A DNA stretch of 56,867 nucleotides, from the NCBI GenBank assembly GCA_040081555.1, contig JBEBGG010000004.1:1-56867 (forward strand). The letters run 5' to 3'. The position numbers and the translations under genes were made by a program. Under the pieces are notes generated by a model. The model worked only from the letters and a program-made list of their open reading frames with translations. It ran no database searches and was not told the origin of the DNA. Below, piece after piece: positions 16,768 to 26,994 of the stretch. Position 1 is the first letter of the stretch. The number at the start of each line of letters is the position of its first letter. The stretch comes from Vicinamibacterales bacterium (GTDB lineage: Bacteria; Acidobacteriota; Vicinamibacteria; Vicinamibacterales; CAVVIG01).

Positions 16768-17967
16768 TTATTCAAGAATCTCTGTAATCGTCCCAGAGCC
16801 GACGGTACGACCACCTTCACGGATGGCAAACCGCGCGCCCTTTTCAAGCGCAACTGGCGTCATCAGCTCACCAGTGATGCTCGTGTTGTCGCCCGGCATC
16901 ACCATTTCCACGCCTTCCGGCAGCTTCAGCGTGCCAGTGACGTCGGTGGTGCGGATGTAGAACTGCGGACGATAGCCGTTGAAGAACGGCGTGTGACGAC
17001 CGCCCTCTTCTTTGCTCAGGATGTAGACCTCACCAGCGAACTTGGTGTGAGCCTTGATCGAGCCGGGCTTGGCGAGGACCTGGCCGCGCTCGACGTCTTC
17101 CTTTTCTACGCCGCGCAGCAGCACGCCGATGTTGTCGCCGGCCACACCCTCATCGAGCAGCTTGCGGAACATTTCGACGCCGGTAACGATCTTCTTTTCG
17201 GTCGGCTTGAATCCGACGATTTCAATTTCTTCGCCAACCTTCACTCTGCCGCGATCGACGCGGCCGGTGACCACCGTTCCACGACCCGAGATCGAGAACA
17301 CGTCTTCGATCGGCATCATGAACGGCTTGTCAATTTCGCGCGGCGGCAACGGAATGAACGTATCGAGCGCCTCCATCAGCTTGAGCACGGAGGCAACACC
17401 TTCCGGATCGCCCTGCAGAGCCTTGAGGGCCGACACGCGCACCACCGGGACATCGTCGCCAGGGAAGCCGTACTGCTTGAGAAGCTCGCGCACTTCGAGC
17501 TCCACCAGGTCGAGCAGCTCCGGGTCGTCAATGGCGTCGACCTTGTTCAGCGCTACGACGAGGTGGGGCACGTTCACCTGGCGGGCCAGGAGCACGTGCT
17601 CGCGCGTCTGCGGCATGGGACCGTCGATGGCGGAAACGACGAGAATCCCGCCGTCCATCTGCGCCGCTCCGGTAATCATGTTCTTGACGTAGTCAGCATG
17701 CCCCGGGCAGTCGACGTGTGCGTAGTGCCGGTTCGTCGTCGAGTACTCGACGTGGCTCGTCGCAATCGTCATGACCTTGGAGTCGTCGCGTCGCCCCTGC
17801 GACTCCGACGCCTTCGCCACTTCGTCATACGAAACAAACTTCGCCCAGCCCTTGTCGGCGGCGACCTTGGTAAGTGCTGCCGTCAAGGTCGTCTTGCCGT
17901 GGTCGATATGACCGATGGTGCCAACGTTGACGTGCGGTTTGGACCGATCGAATTTCTCTTTAGCCAT
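16768..17967 (-). CDS. tuf: Elongation factor Tu
   Basis: [33 protein letters not shown] and GGRHTPFF. Confidence 0.99.
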   Translation of the reverse strand: MAKEKFDRSKPHVNVGTIGHIDHGKTTLTAALTKVAADKGWAKFVSYDEVAKASESQGRRDDSKVMTIATSHVEYSTTNRHYAHVDCPGHADYVKNMITGAAQMDGGILVVSAIDGPMPQTREHVLLARQVNVPHLVVALNKVDAIDDPELLDLVELEVRELLKQYGFPGDDVPVVRVSALKALQGDPEGVASVLKLMEALDTFIPLPPREIDKPFMMPIEDVFSISGRGTVVTGRVDRGRVKVGEEIEIVGFKPTEKKIVTGVEMFRKLLDEGVAGDNIGVLLRGVEKEDVERGQVLAKPGSIKAHTKFAGEVYILSKEEGGRHTPFFNGYRPQFYIRTTDVTGTLKLPEGVEMVMPGDNTSITGELMTPVALEKGARFAIREGGRTVGSGTITEILE

Positions 17968-18161
17968 GTCTCAGGACCCTCGCGCTCTCCGGTTGTCTCT
18001 CTACGTCGTGTATTGCGTTAACTCTCTGGTCTCGTCGCCGCAAGTGGCGGCCTCGTTCGCTCGTCGTCGCTTTCGCTGATCTGGCCGAGTCTCACACGCC
18101 TAGTCGAGCGGTGAAGACCGTCCTCCGACCCCGCTCAGGACATCCCGAGTCCGTCGAGGGA

Positions 18162-18237
18162 TGGAGCCGATGACCAGGATCGAACTGGTGACCTCGTCCT
18201 TACCAAGGACGTGCTCTGCCAACTGAGCTACATCGGC
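18162..18237 (-). tRNA. tRNA-Thr(GGT)
   Basis: GCCGATGTAGCTCAGTTGGCAGAGCACGTCCTTGGTAAGGAC...TTCGATCCTGGTCATCGGCTCCA. Confidence 0.97.
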
Positions 18238-18315
18238 CTGCCTACTGACTCTCGCATATGGCGTCTCGTCACTTCGTGCGCAGATCGAGAACGCCAAATT
18301 CACCTGATCGTCTTG

Positions 18316-18390
18316 TGGAGCGGGAGACGGGGATCGAACCCGCGACCAACAGCTTGGAAGGCTGTGACTCTACCACTGAGTTACTCCCGC
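18316..18390 (-). tRNA. tRNA-Gly(TCC)
   Basis: GCGGGAGTAACTCAGTGGTAGAGTCACAGCCTTCCAAGCTGT...GGTTCGATCCCCGTCTCCCGCTCCA. Confidence 0.97.
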
Positions 18391-18531
18391 CTTCGCGCCT
18401 GGCTGTTCACCTCTGCTCAACGCTTCGGCGGCCACGTCCGGCGCATCTCCTCGATCCCGGTAGCATCTCTCTAGCGCTCCGCCTCACTGGCTTACCACCC
18501 ACGGCTCGCGAGTACCGCGGCGAGCGAAGGA

Positions 18532-18617
18532 TGGTGGCGAGGGAAGGACTCGAACCTTCGAAGCCCTAGGGCGACAGATTTACAGTCTGCTGCGTTTGAC
18601 CGCTTCGCTACCTCGCC
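18532..18617 (-). tRNA. tRNA-Tyr(GTA)
   Basis: GGCGAGGTAGCGAAGCGGTCAAACGCAGCAGACTGTAAATCTG, long variable arm, GGTTCGAGTCCTTCCCTCGCCACCA. Confidence 0.97.
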
Positions 18618-18762
18618 TAAGTTGTGTCTCTGGAAAACCGTGTATCGACCTTCGCGCGTGTGACTCTTTCTGCTACCAGCGGACGACGTGCACTCACTCT
18701 TCGCTGCGTTTCCACAGCGACCCGATTCCTCGCTACGCTTCCGCAGCAATCTCACCGGCGAC

Positions 18763-18839
18763 TGGAGCTGGCGAAGGGATTCGAACCCCCGACCTGCTGA
18801 TTACAAATCAGCTGCTCTACCGGCCTGAGCTACGCCAGC
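18763..18839 (-). tRNA. tRNA-Thr(TGT)
   Basis: GCTGGCGTAGCTCAGGCCGGTAGAGCAGCTGATTTGTAATCAGC...GGTTCGAATCCCTTCGCCAGCTCCA. Completes the canonical Thr-Tyr-Gly-Thr-tuf unit. Confidence 0.97.
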
Positions 18840-18854
18840 CAAAACAAAAGCCGC

Positions 18855-18884
18855 ACTGTAGCACGTCCCATGCCACGCGTGCAA
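18855..18884 (-). promoter_or_regulatory. Sigma70-type promoter for the tRNA-tuf operon
   Basis: TTGCAC-18 nt-TACAGT with a TG extended -10, 15 nt before tRNA-Thr. Confidence 0.65.
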
Positions 18885-18903
18885 GCATCTGCGCTCTCTG
18901 CGA

Positions 18904-19632
18904 TTAGCGTTCTGGTGTGGCCGAGCTTCGCTGGCGCACTGCCTCAAACAACGCAACCCCCGTGGCGACCGACACATTGAGGCTCGCGACATGCCCACGC
19001 ATCGGAATCGAGGCGAGCCAATCACAACGCTCCCTGACAAGACGACGCAGGCCCGTACCCTCGGCGCCCATGACGATCGCGGTCGGCAGAGTCAAGTCTA
19101 TTTCATCCAATCGTTTAGCGGAAGAACCTTCAAGACCAACGGTCCAGACCCCTCGCTCCTTCAACTCTTCGAGCGCTCGCGCGATGTTCACGACATCAGC
19201 GACCCTGACACGCGAGATTGCGCCGGCCGAGGCCTTCGCCGCGGCCCCATCGAGCGGCGCGGCATGGCGGGACTGCCGCACCACTCCGGTGGCACCGGCG
19301 GCGTCGACGGTGCGCAGGATCGCACCGACATTGTGCGGGTCCTCGATGCCGTCAAGCACCACGATCAGTGGCGCCTCGGCACCACCGTCAAGCAGATCCG
19401 AAAGGTCGAACCGCTCTCGCTCCTTCACCTCCGCCACGATGCCTTGATGCACCCCTCCCCGAGCAGCGCGATCCAGCTCCTGCGCCGGCACACGGCTCAC
19501 CGCAAGGCCTTCCGTCGCTGCGGCCGCCACAAGTTCGAGCACACGCGCGCTTGCGCGGTCGGCGACGCGCAGCCGACTGACACGTCCGGCCTTCAGCGCT
19601 TCCGCGACGGGATTGATGCCGTAGATGATCAT
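18904..19632 (-). CDS. rlmB: 23S rRNA G2251 2'-O-methyltransferase RlmB (TrmH/SPOUT family)
   Basis: IYGINPVAEAL, HQGIVA, DPHNVGAILRT, GAEGTGL and SLNVSVA. Start placed at ATG 19632. Confidence 0.93.
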   Translation of the reverse strand: MIIYGINPVAEALKAGRVSRLRVADRASARVLELVAAAATEGLAVSRVPAQELDRAARGGVHQGIVAEVKERERFDLSDLLDGGAEAPLIVVLDGIEDPHNVGAILRTVDAAGATGVVRQSRHAAPLDGAAAKASAGAISRVRVADVVNIARALEELKERGVWTVGLEGSSAKRLDEIDLTLPTAIVMGAEGTGLRRLVRERCDWLASIPMRGHVASLNVSVATGVALFEAVRQRSSATPER

Positions 19633-19651
19633 CTGTGCAGAGTGCGAAGCG

Positions 19652-21175
19652 TTAGCCGAGCGCCTTCGAGAAATCGGCCGCGCGTTCGCGGCAGCCGGTG
19701 ATGCGCGGCAGACCCGAGCCGGGCGCCAGATCAGCGCCGCGGTCAATCGCCGGCACGGCCAGATCGAGCTCTGGCCCCTCAGCGCGCCCCGTCAAAATGA
19801 CCCGGATCGGATGAAACAGCGCACGCCCTTTCTGGCCCGTGGCAACCTTGACGCGGTTGGCGACATGACGGAACCGCTCGCGGTCAAGACGAGGCTCGTC
19901 GGCCAGCTCACGCGCCAACGCGACGGCCACCGCGCGTGGACCGTCGGCGAGCATCTCATGACGGAGGTCGTCGTGCTCAAGCGCCTGCTCGACTGAATAG
20001 TTAAAGAGGAACGCCAAACGGGACGGCACCTCGTCGAGACGACTCACCACGCTGGTGGCGATCGGAATCACGGAGGCGAGAAACTCCATCGCCTCCGGGG
20101 CGCTGGCGATGCTGATACCGGCGTTATGAAAAAACGGCAGTGAGAGTTCTGCGAGCCGAGCCGGCTCAGCGATCTTGAGATAATGCCGATTCGCCCAAGC
20201 GAGCTTTTCTTCGTCAAACGCGCCGGCGCTATGCGTCACCGCGCTCAATGAAAAGCGCCGCGCAAGTTCGTGGGCGGGAAACAACTCCGACTGCTCGCTT
20301 GCGCCATCCACCACCTCGGTCGCGTCGCGCGGCGACCAACCGATCAACGCGAGGTAGTTCACCAGCGCTTCAGGCAGATAGCCCTTGGTGCGAAACTCGG
20401 CGACCGACGTGGCACCATGACGCTTCGACAACGGTGCGTGATCAGGCCCCATCACCAGCGACAGGTGGGCAAACGCCGGCGGCGTGAACCCCATCGCCTC
20501 GTACAACAGGATCTGCCGGGGCGTGTTCGAAATGTGATCCTCGCCGCGAATCACCTGGGTCACACCCATCAACGCGTCGTCGACAACGACGGCGAAGTTG
20601 TAGGCCGGCACTCCCTCGGCCCGCATGATGACAGGATCGCCAATCACACTGGTGTGAAATCGCACTTCCCCGCGGACGGCGTCGGTAAAGCCGACGTCGC
20701 GATTCTCGGGAATACGGAATCGTATGGCGGCCTTTTCGCCGCGGGCGAGCCGAGTATCAACGTCAGCGACCGACAGCCGGCGGCACGCACCGTCGTAACC
20801 CGCAAAGCCGTCAGCATCCATCGCAGCGGCCCGCCGTGCCTCCAGCTGCTCCTTCGTGCAGAAGCAGCGATACGCCTTGCCGATCGTCAACAGTTCCTGG
20901 GCGTAGGACTGATAGAGGTGCAGGCGCTCGGATTGCCGGTAGGGGCCACGCGCGCCGCCAATATCCGGGCCCTCGTCCCAATCAAGCCCCAGCCAGCGGA
21001 GGTCGCGAACGATCGCCGCTTCCGATTCGATCGTCGAACGCTCGACGTCGGTGTCCTCAATTCGGAGAATAAACTCGCCACCGCGACCGCGCGCCAAGAA
21101 CCAATTAAACAGCGCCGTTCGCGCGTTACCGACGTGCAGCTGTCCGGTCGGACTGGGCGCAAAGCGTACCCTCAT
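19652..21175 (-). CDS. gltX: Glutamate-tRNA ligase
   Basis: RVRFAPSPTGQLHVGN (HIGH-like), RIEDTD, IRGEDH and LSKRHG (KMSKS-like). Confidence 0.97.
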   Translation of the reverse strand: MRVRFAPSPTGQLHVGNARTALFNWFLARGRGGEFILRIEDTDVERSTIESEAAIVRDLRWLGLDWDEGPDIGGARGPYRQSERLHLYQSYAQELLTIGKAYRCFCTKEQLEARRAAAMDADGFAGYDGACRRLSVADVDTRLARGEKAAIRFRIPENRDVGFTDAVRGEVRFHTSVIGDPVIMRAEGVPAYNFAVVVDDALMGVTQVIRGEDHISNTPRQILLYEAMGFTPPAFAHLSLVMGPDHAPLSKRHGATSVAEFRTKGYLPEALVNYLALIGWSPRDATEVVDGASEQSELFPAHELARRFSLSAVTHSAGAFDEEKLAWANRHYLKIAEPARLAELSLPFFHNAGISIASAPEAMEFLASVIPIATSVVSRLDEVPSRLAFLFNYSVEQALEHDDLRHEMLADGPRAVAVALARELADEPRLDRERFRHVANRVKVATGQKGRALFHPIRVILTGRAEGPELDLAVPAIDRGADLAPGSGLPRITGCRERAADFSKALG

Positions 21176-22359
21176 GAGCGCCGCCGCACGAGCGCCACGG
21201 CCTGCGCGGCCACCGCTTCGCCCCGCCCCACGGCGTCGACGCCTTCGTTCGTCTTACCCTTGATGCTTACCTGCGCAACGTCGACACCGATCGCCCCTGC
21301 GACCGCCGCACGCATCGCATCGACATAATCTCGAATCTTCGGACGTTCGAGCACAACCGTGATGTCGACGTGCCGAACCTCGAACCCCTGCTGCGAGACA
21401 TGTGCCACGGCTCGAGTCAGCAGATCCAAGCTCGACGCATCTTTCCATGCCGGGTCCGTATCGGGAAACATCCGCCCGATGTCACCAAGGGCCGCGGCGC
21501 CAAGAATCGCATCAGTCGCCGCATGACACACCACGTCAGCGTCCGAGTGCCCGAGGGCGCCTCGGTCGGACGGGATCGCGATGCCGCCGAGAATCAGCGG
21601 TCGCTCGGCGACCAGTCGATGGAGGTCGTAGCCTGTGCCGACGCCCTCCCTGGCTCTCGAAATCGAGCCCTTGCGCGCGATGGAATCAGCGACCGCAAGA
21701 TCGTCTGGCGTCGTGATCTTGATATTGGTCGACTCGCCCTCCACCAGACGGACGGGATGTCCCGCGCGCTCAGCCAACGAGGCTTCGTCGGTAGCGTCGC
21801 TGCCCATCTCGCTGAGGGCCAGCGCATCGCGCAACACGGCACGGCGGAAGGCCTGTGGTGTTTGTGCCAGATAGATCGTGTCGCGCGGCAGCGTCTCGGC
21901 GACAAACGACAGCATGGTTCCAGCCGGCTCCACCGCTCGCTTGACGGTGTCGCGCGCCCGCGTCGCGGCGACCGCGGCGCCACATTCGACCGCCGCCGCG
22001 ATGGTGCTCGAGATCAACGCCTCGCTCGCAAACGGCCGGGCGGCATCGTGAACCACGATGAGAGTGGCACGCGCATCGATCGCCTCGAAGGCATTGGCAA
22101 CAGAATCCTGCCGCCGCGCGCCACCGGGGACGACGCGAATGGGCTTGGCGACACCGGTCAGGTACGGCGGCGGTTGCGCAACGCTGTCGGCGGGCAGCGC
22201 AATGACCAATTCGTCAACGTCTGGGTGCCGAACAAACAATGACACACATCGCTCGAGTGGTGAGCGCCCATCCACGGCCAACAGCTGTTTCGCCACGGGA
22301 CCGCCCATCCTCGTGCCACGGCCCCCAGCTGCGATGATTACCGAGACAAACAACGGCAT
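21172..22359 (-). CDS. ispDF: Bifunctional IspD/IspF (MEP cytidylyltransferase / MEcPP synthase)
   Basis: AAGGRGTRMG, HDAARPF, QTPQAF and KITTPDD (IspD), fused to GYDLHRL, GHSDADV and GRGEAVAA (IspF). Confidence 0.96.
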   Translation of the reverse strand: MPLFVSVIIAAGGRGTRMGGPVAKQLLAVDGRSPLERCVSLFVRHPDVDELVIALPADSVAQPPPYLTGVAKPIRVVPGGARRQDSVANAFEAIDARATLIVVHDAARPFASEALISSTIAAAVECGAAVAATRARDTVKRAVEPAGTMLSFVAETLPRDTIYLAQTPQAFRRAVLRDALALSEMGSDATDEASLAERAGHPVRLVEGESTNIKITTPDDLAVADSIARKGSISRAREGVGTGYDLHRLVAERPLILGGIAIPSDRGALGHSDADVVCHAATDAILGAAALGDIGRMFPDTDPAWKDASSLDLLTRAVAHVSQQGFEVRHVDITVVLERPKIRDYVDAMRAAVAGAIGVDVAQVSIKGKTNEGVDAVGRGEAVAAQAVALVRRRS

Positions 22360-22404
22360 GGAAGACAAGGGTGTGATTATATCGGGGCTCGCAGCCCTGG
22401 CCGA

Positions 22405-23178
22405 CTATCGACTGACGGCTGGTAACGACGCCTCTCGGCGATTCGCGAATTGCCTGGCTTCGACTGTCGCCGACACAATGGCGTGGACGCGATCACCGAA
22501 TGCCTTGGCATCGCGCGGGGTCGGGCTGGGATTCGGCGGCGGAGCGATCGGGTCGTGCACGATTAGCGTCACCTGAGCCGGCTCGGTCCGGAGTCGGCCC
22601 TTGGGCATAATCGCCCTGGTGCCAACCACTGCCACGGGCACAACTGGCAGGCCGGCCTGAATGGCCAATAGGAAGCTACCACCCTTGAAACGCGCGACAT
22701 GCCCGTCGCCACTTCTCGTCCCTTCGGCAAAAATGATGAGCGACAGCCCCTCGGAGACCAGCGACCGCCATCGCTCGAGAATGCCGGCGGGGTCAGGATG
22801 CTTCCGGTCGACCAATAGGTGACGACCGCGCTTCAGGTGCCAACCAAGCACCGGAAACCGCGCAAGCGACGCCTTCGCGATAATCCGCAGCTGAAACGGC
22901 AACGACCAGAACAGTACCGGCGTGTCGTAGATGCTCTGGTGGTTCGAGACAAACACGTAGGTCGTGCCCGGCACGACCCGCTCGAGCCCCTCGACCGTGA
23001 CGCTGACACCGGTGGTCTTGAGAATCAGCCATGACCAGGCGCGCGCACAGCGATGGGCAAAGTGCCCGCGCCTATCGAACAGGCTCGAGACAATCGACGC
23101 CGCGCCGAGCACGAAGGTATAGACGCTGATAGCGGGAATCAGAAAAAAAACCGTCCGCCACCAATGGTAGGGAGGCAT
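22405..23178 (-). CDS. plsC: 1-acyl-sn-glycerol-3-phosphate acyltransferase family
   Basis: NHQSIYD (HX4D) and FAEGTRS motifs; N-terminal hydrophobic segment. Confidence 0.9.
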   Translation of the reverse strand: MPPYHWWRTVFFLIPAISVYTFVLGAASIVSSLFDRRGHFAHRCARAWSWLILKTTGVSVTVEGLERVVPGTTYVFVSNHQSIYDTPVLFWSLPFQLRIIAKASLARFPVLGWHLKRGRHLLVDRKHPDPAGILERWRSLVSEGLSLIIFAEGTRSGDGHVARFKGGSFLLAIQAGLPVVPVAVVGTRAIMPKGRLRTEPAQVTLIVHDPIAPPPNPSPTPRDAKAFGDRVHAIVSATVEARQFANRREASLPAVSR

Positions 23179-23192
23179 CGTCGTCGATGGCC

Positions 23193-24296
23193 TCAGCTCT
23201 GTTGCGCGGCAGATGAGGAAATCGATGGCGCCGGCGGCGTCGACACGTGCTGGCGCGCTGAACCGACAGCAGCCACACTCGTCTGCGTCGCGGCTACAGG
23301 CTGCGGCATGCCGGCCTCGAAATAGCGGCCAAAGATCATCTTCCCCGCGGTCGTCTGCAACACGCTTGTGACAACGACATCGATCGTCTTACTGATCATC
23401 TTGCGGGCATTGTCGACCACCACCATCGTGCCATCGTCCAGATACGCGACCCCCTGGTTGTACTCCTTGCCTTCTTTCAGGATGAACACCTTCATGAGCT
23501 CGCCGGGGAGAACAACCGGCTTGAGAGCGTTGGCGAGGTCGTTGAGGTTCAGGACCGAGACGCCACGCAGCTGTGCGACCTTGTTCAAGTTGAAGTCGTT
23601 GGTCACGATCTTCCCTTGCAGCGTCCGCGCGAGCTCAATCAGCTTCAGGTCGACTTCACGAACCTCTGGATAGTCGAGATCGGAAATGATCACCTCGACG
23701 CCGTTCATTTTCTGAATCTTCTGGAGGATGTCCAGACCGCGGCGGCCCCTGTTGCGCTTCATTGAATCACCCGAGTCTGCGACCAGCTGGAGCTCACGGA
23801 GGACGAATTGCGGGATGACGAGCGCGCCATCGATGAAACCGGTGTCACACACATCGGCAATACGGCCGTCAATGATGACGCTCGTATCGAGGATCTTGTA
23901 CCGGCGGGCCGCCTGTGGAGTCCGGAACATGGCCATCAGCCGGGTCGGCTCGAGGCACTCGCCGTTCTTGGCGCCCACGACCAGGCCGAGATACGGCAGC
24001 ACGATCAGCAGAACACTGTGCAGGAACTCCACCCTCCCGTCCGCAGGGTTGGTCCAAAAAAGCCCGGCCTCGATCCCACGGGCGAAGGCCAGCCCGATGA
24101 CGCCGCCAATCAAAGCCCCAAGCAGACGAGTGGGCGGCGACTCGCGCAGCTGGATCTCGAAGGCCACTGCCAAACCCGCGAGTACGACCGCAAAGCCGAC
24201 GTTCGCCACTATCCCGAAGGGCAATGGCTGCAACAAGACGGCCGAATAGCCGACCGCGGCAACGATGAATGCACGTGCGAGTAAGAACCAGGCCAT
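23193..24296 (-). CDS. Membrane PIN/TRAM domain protein (YacL-like)
   Basis: N-terminal TM helices, ILDTSVIIDGRI, RGRRGLDIL, TNDFNLNKVA and GVAYLDDGTMVVV; follows radA as in Bacillus. Confidence 0.93.
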   Translation of the reverse strand: MAWFLLARAFIVAAVGYSAVLLQPLPFGIVANVGFAVVLAGLAVAFEIQLRESPPTRLLGALIGGVIGLAFARGIEAGLFWTNPADGRVEFLHSVLLIVLPYLGLVVGAKNGECLEPTRLMAMFRTPQAARRYKILDTSVIIDGRIADVCDTGFIDGALVIPQFVLRELQLVADSGDSMKRNRGRRGLDILQKIQKMNGVEVIISDLDYPEVREVDLKLIELARTLQGKIVTNDFNLNKVAQLRGVSVLNLNDLANALKPVVLPGELMKVFILKEGKEYNQGVAYLDDGTMVVVDNARKMISKTIDVVVTSVLQTTAGKMIFGRYFEAGMPQPVAATQTSVAAVGSARQHVSTPPAPSISSSAAQQS

Positions 24297-24335
24297 GAGT
24301 GCCCCCCGCTAGGAAAGGCCAACCATATCTCATCT

Positions 24336-25724
24336 TCAGGATAGGAGCGCGTCCAGCGCGTCGCCGACCGTCCGCACACCGACCAATTCGCAGCCGATGG
24401 ACAAGGCGCGATCAGAAGGGTCGATGTTGGCTTCCGGCATGACGCAGCGCTCAAATCCCATCTGCGTGGCCTCACGAATGCGCAGCGGTGCCTGCGTGAC
24501 GGCGCGAATCTCTCCAGCCAGGCCGACTTCGCCAAACATCGCCGTCGTGGGCGAGATCACGCGGTTGCGCACGCTCGAGGCAATCGCCGCCAGCACCGCC
24601 AGGTCAGTCGCGGGCTCGTCAATCGTCATGCCACCCGCAATATTGACGAACACATCGTCACCTGTCAGGTTGAGGCCGGCGCGTTTCTCGAGCACGGCGA
24701 GCAGGAGCGACAGGCGCTGCTGATCGATCCCGCTCGCCATGCGCCGCGCGCTCCCGTACGTGCTGCTGCTGACAAGCGCCTGCACTTCAATCAGAATCGG
24801 ACGCGACCCCTCCACCGAGCAGAGCACGGCAGACCCTGGTGCATTCATCGGCCGCTCCGCCAGAAACATCTTCGACGGGTTGGGCACAGGGCGCAGCCCG
24901 GCCGCGGTCATCTCGAACACGCCGAGCTCGCTTGCGGCACCGAAGCGATTCTTCACGGCACGCACCACGCGGTGCGAGTGATGACGCTCGCCCTCGAAGT
25001 ACAGCACCGTGTCAACCACGTGCTCAAGCGCCTTCGGACCAGCCAAACTGCCATCCTTGGTCACGTGTCCGATGACGAAGGTCGGAATATTCTGCCCCTT
25101 CGCCATAAAGAGGAGTTGCGTGGCGGCCTCGCGGACTTGGCCGATACTGCCCGGCGCTGATTGGAACTTCAGCGAGAACACCGTCTGGATCGAATCGACA
25201 ATCACCAGCGACGGCCTAATACGAGGAATCTCTTCGAGAATTCGCTCGAGACACGTTTCGGCCAGCAGATAAAGCGGCGCCTGGCCAACGTTGAGACGCT
25301 CGCCGCGCGCCTTGACTTGATGCTGAGACTCTTCCCCAGAGCTGTACAACACCGGGCCGACCGACGCTGCCATGTTCGCCGCGGCCTGAAGCAGGAGCGT
25401 CGACTTGCCAATGCCCGGCTCGCCGCCAAGCAGAACGAGGGAGCCAGGCACAACGCCGCCCCCCAAGACACGGTCTAGTTCACCGATGCCGGTCGACAAC
25501 CGTGCGTGATTCTCAAGCGTGATGTCGGCATAGAGCCGTGCTCCGCCATCACTCGACCCACTGGCATAGCGATGCCCGGCCACTGCCGCTGACCCGGCGT
25601 GCTCCATAGGCCGCTCTTCGACGTAGGAGTTCCAGGCCTCGCACTCACTACAGCGACCAAGCCACTTGGGCGCCTGGGCACCGCACTCCTGACAGACGAA
25701 CACCGTGGCGGGACGCTTCGCCAC
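24336..25724 (-). CDS. radA: DNA repair protein RadA/Sms
   Basis: CQECG...CSEC zinc finger, GGEPGIGKSTLL, KNRFG motif and Lon-like C-terminus. Confidence 0.98.
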   Translation of the reverse strand: MAKRPATVFVCQECGAQAPKWLGRCSECEAWNSYVEERPMEHAGSAAVAGHRYASGSSDGGARLYADITLENHARLSTGIGELDRVLGGGVVPGSLVLLGGEPGIGKSTLLLQAAANMAASVGPVLYSSGEESQHQVKARGERLNVGQAPLYLLAETCLERILEEIPRIRPSLVIVDSIQTVFSLKFQSAPGSIGQVREAATQLLFMAKGQNIPTFVIGHVTKDGSLAGPKALEHVVDTVLYFEGERHHSHRVVRAVKNRFGAASELGVFEMTAAGLRPVPNPSKMFLAERPMNAPGSAVLCSVEGSRPILIEVQALVSSSTYGSARRMASGIDQQRLSLLLAVLEKRAGLNLTGDDVFVNIAGGMTIDEPATDLAVLAAIASSVRNRVISPTTAMFGEVGLAGEIRAVTQAPLRIREATQMGFERCVMPEANIDPSDRALSIGCELVGVRTVGDALDALLS

Positions 25725-25869
25725 TACCGCTGCCGCAATTGGGTCATGTGATGTTCTCGAAATTTGGTGACGTCAGTCCATTCAAGCATTGACCGGTGAC
25801 ACGCCAGGTCACACATCGTGGTCCCGAAATCACCAAGTCACCGTCGCGCAAAAAGCACCCGCCTCGGCG

Positions 25870-26994
25870 TCAGTGCTCATAGGCCCGCATGATTCGAGAG
25901 CCGATGCGACAGACAACCTCCCAGGGAATCGTGCCGATCGAGGCCGCCATCTCACGCACGTCTATACGATCGTCCCCCTGACGCCCGATGATCACAACCT
26001 CGTCACCAGGCTCGACCGGGAGTCCGGTGACGTCGGCCATCAGCATGTCCATGCAGACCGACCCGACCACCGGTGCGCGCCGCCCGCGAATGAGCACTGA
26101 TCCACGGCCAGCGAGGCGGCAATCCACTCCGTCTGCGTACCCGGCTGGCACGATGGCGATTGTCGTCGGCCTCTCGGCCGTGAAGCGACCACCGTAGCCA
26201 GTGATTTCGCCAGGACGCATGCCCTTCACCCCAACCACGCGGCTGACCAGCGTCATGACCGGATCCAGAGACAGGGTGGAAGCCAGCGGCGGCGGCACGA
26301 TACCGTAGAGCAGCAGGCCTGGCCGGACACGGTCGAACCAGACGCGTGAATCGCGGAGGGTGGCGGCGCTGTTGGCGGCGTGCCGATACGTCGGCCGTCC
26401 ACCAAGGCCTTCGAGATCGGCAAGCGCGCGGAGCCACCGATGTCTTTGTTGCTCAAAGATCGGCGAATCGAGTACATCCGCGGTGGCAAAGTGCGTGTAG
26501 ACCGCATCAAGCTCCAGCCGATCGCTGGCCAGCAGCTCCGGCAGCGTCCTCGTCAAGTTGTCTGACCTGAACCCGAGCCGGTTCATGCCGGTATCGATCT
26601 TCAAGTGGTAACGCACACGCTGCCCGTATCGTGCCGCCGCGGCCTGCACGGCCCGCGCCGCGCCTGGGGTCGAAATCGTCGGCGTGAGTCGGCCATCAAA
26701 GACACCATCGAGCTCGCTGACCGAGAGTGCGCCAAACACGAGGATCTCCGCTCGCACCCCAGCTGCGCGTAGCGCCAGCCCTTCTTCGATGTCGGCACAG
26801 GCCAGCAAGTCGGCGCCGGCATTCTCTAAGGCCAGGGCCACCTGGCTGGCGCCATGTCCGTAGGCGTTTGCCTTGACGACCGCAATGACGCCCGGAGGAC
26901 GCACGCCGCCGTCACGCCGCAGGAACTCGACGATGTGCTGATAGTTCGAGCGGATCGCCGCCAGATCGATTCTGGCCGTCGTCGGACGGGTCAT
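25870..26994 (-). CDS. alr: Alanine racemase
   Basis: [11 protein letters not shown] (PLP lysine), [21 protein letters not shown] and GYADG. Confidence 0.98.
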   Translation of the reverse strand: MTRPTTARIDLAAIRSNYQHIVEFLRRDGGVRPPGVIAVVKANAYGHGASQVALALENAGADLLACADIEEGLALRAAGVRAEILVFGALSVSELDGVFDGRLTPTISTPGAARAVQAAAARYGQRVRYHLKIDTGMNRLGFRSDNLTRTLPELLASDRLELDAVYTHFATADVLDSPIFEQQRHRWLRALADLEGLGGRPTYRHAANSAATLRDSRVWFDRVRPGLLLYGIVPPPLASTLSLDPVMTLVSRVVGVKGMRPGEITGYGGRFTAERPTTIAIVPAGYADGVDCRLAGRGSVLIRGRRAPVVGSVCMDMLMADVTGLPVEPGDEVVIIGRQGDDRIDVREMAASIGTIPWEVVCRIGSRIMRAYEH

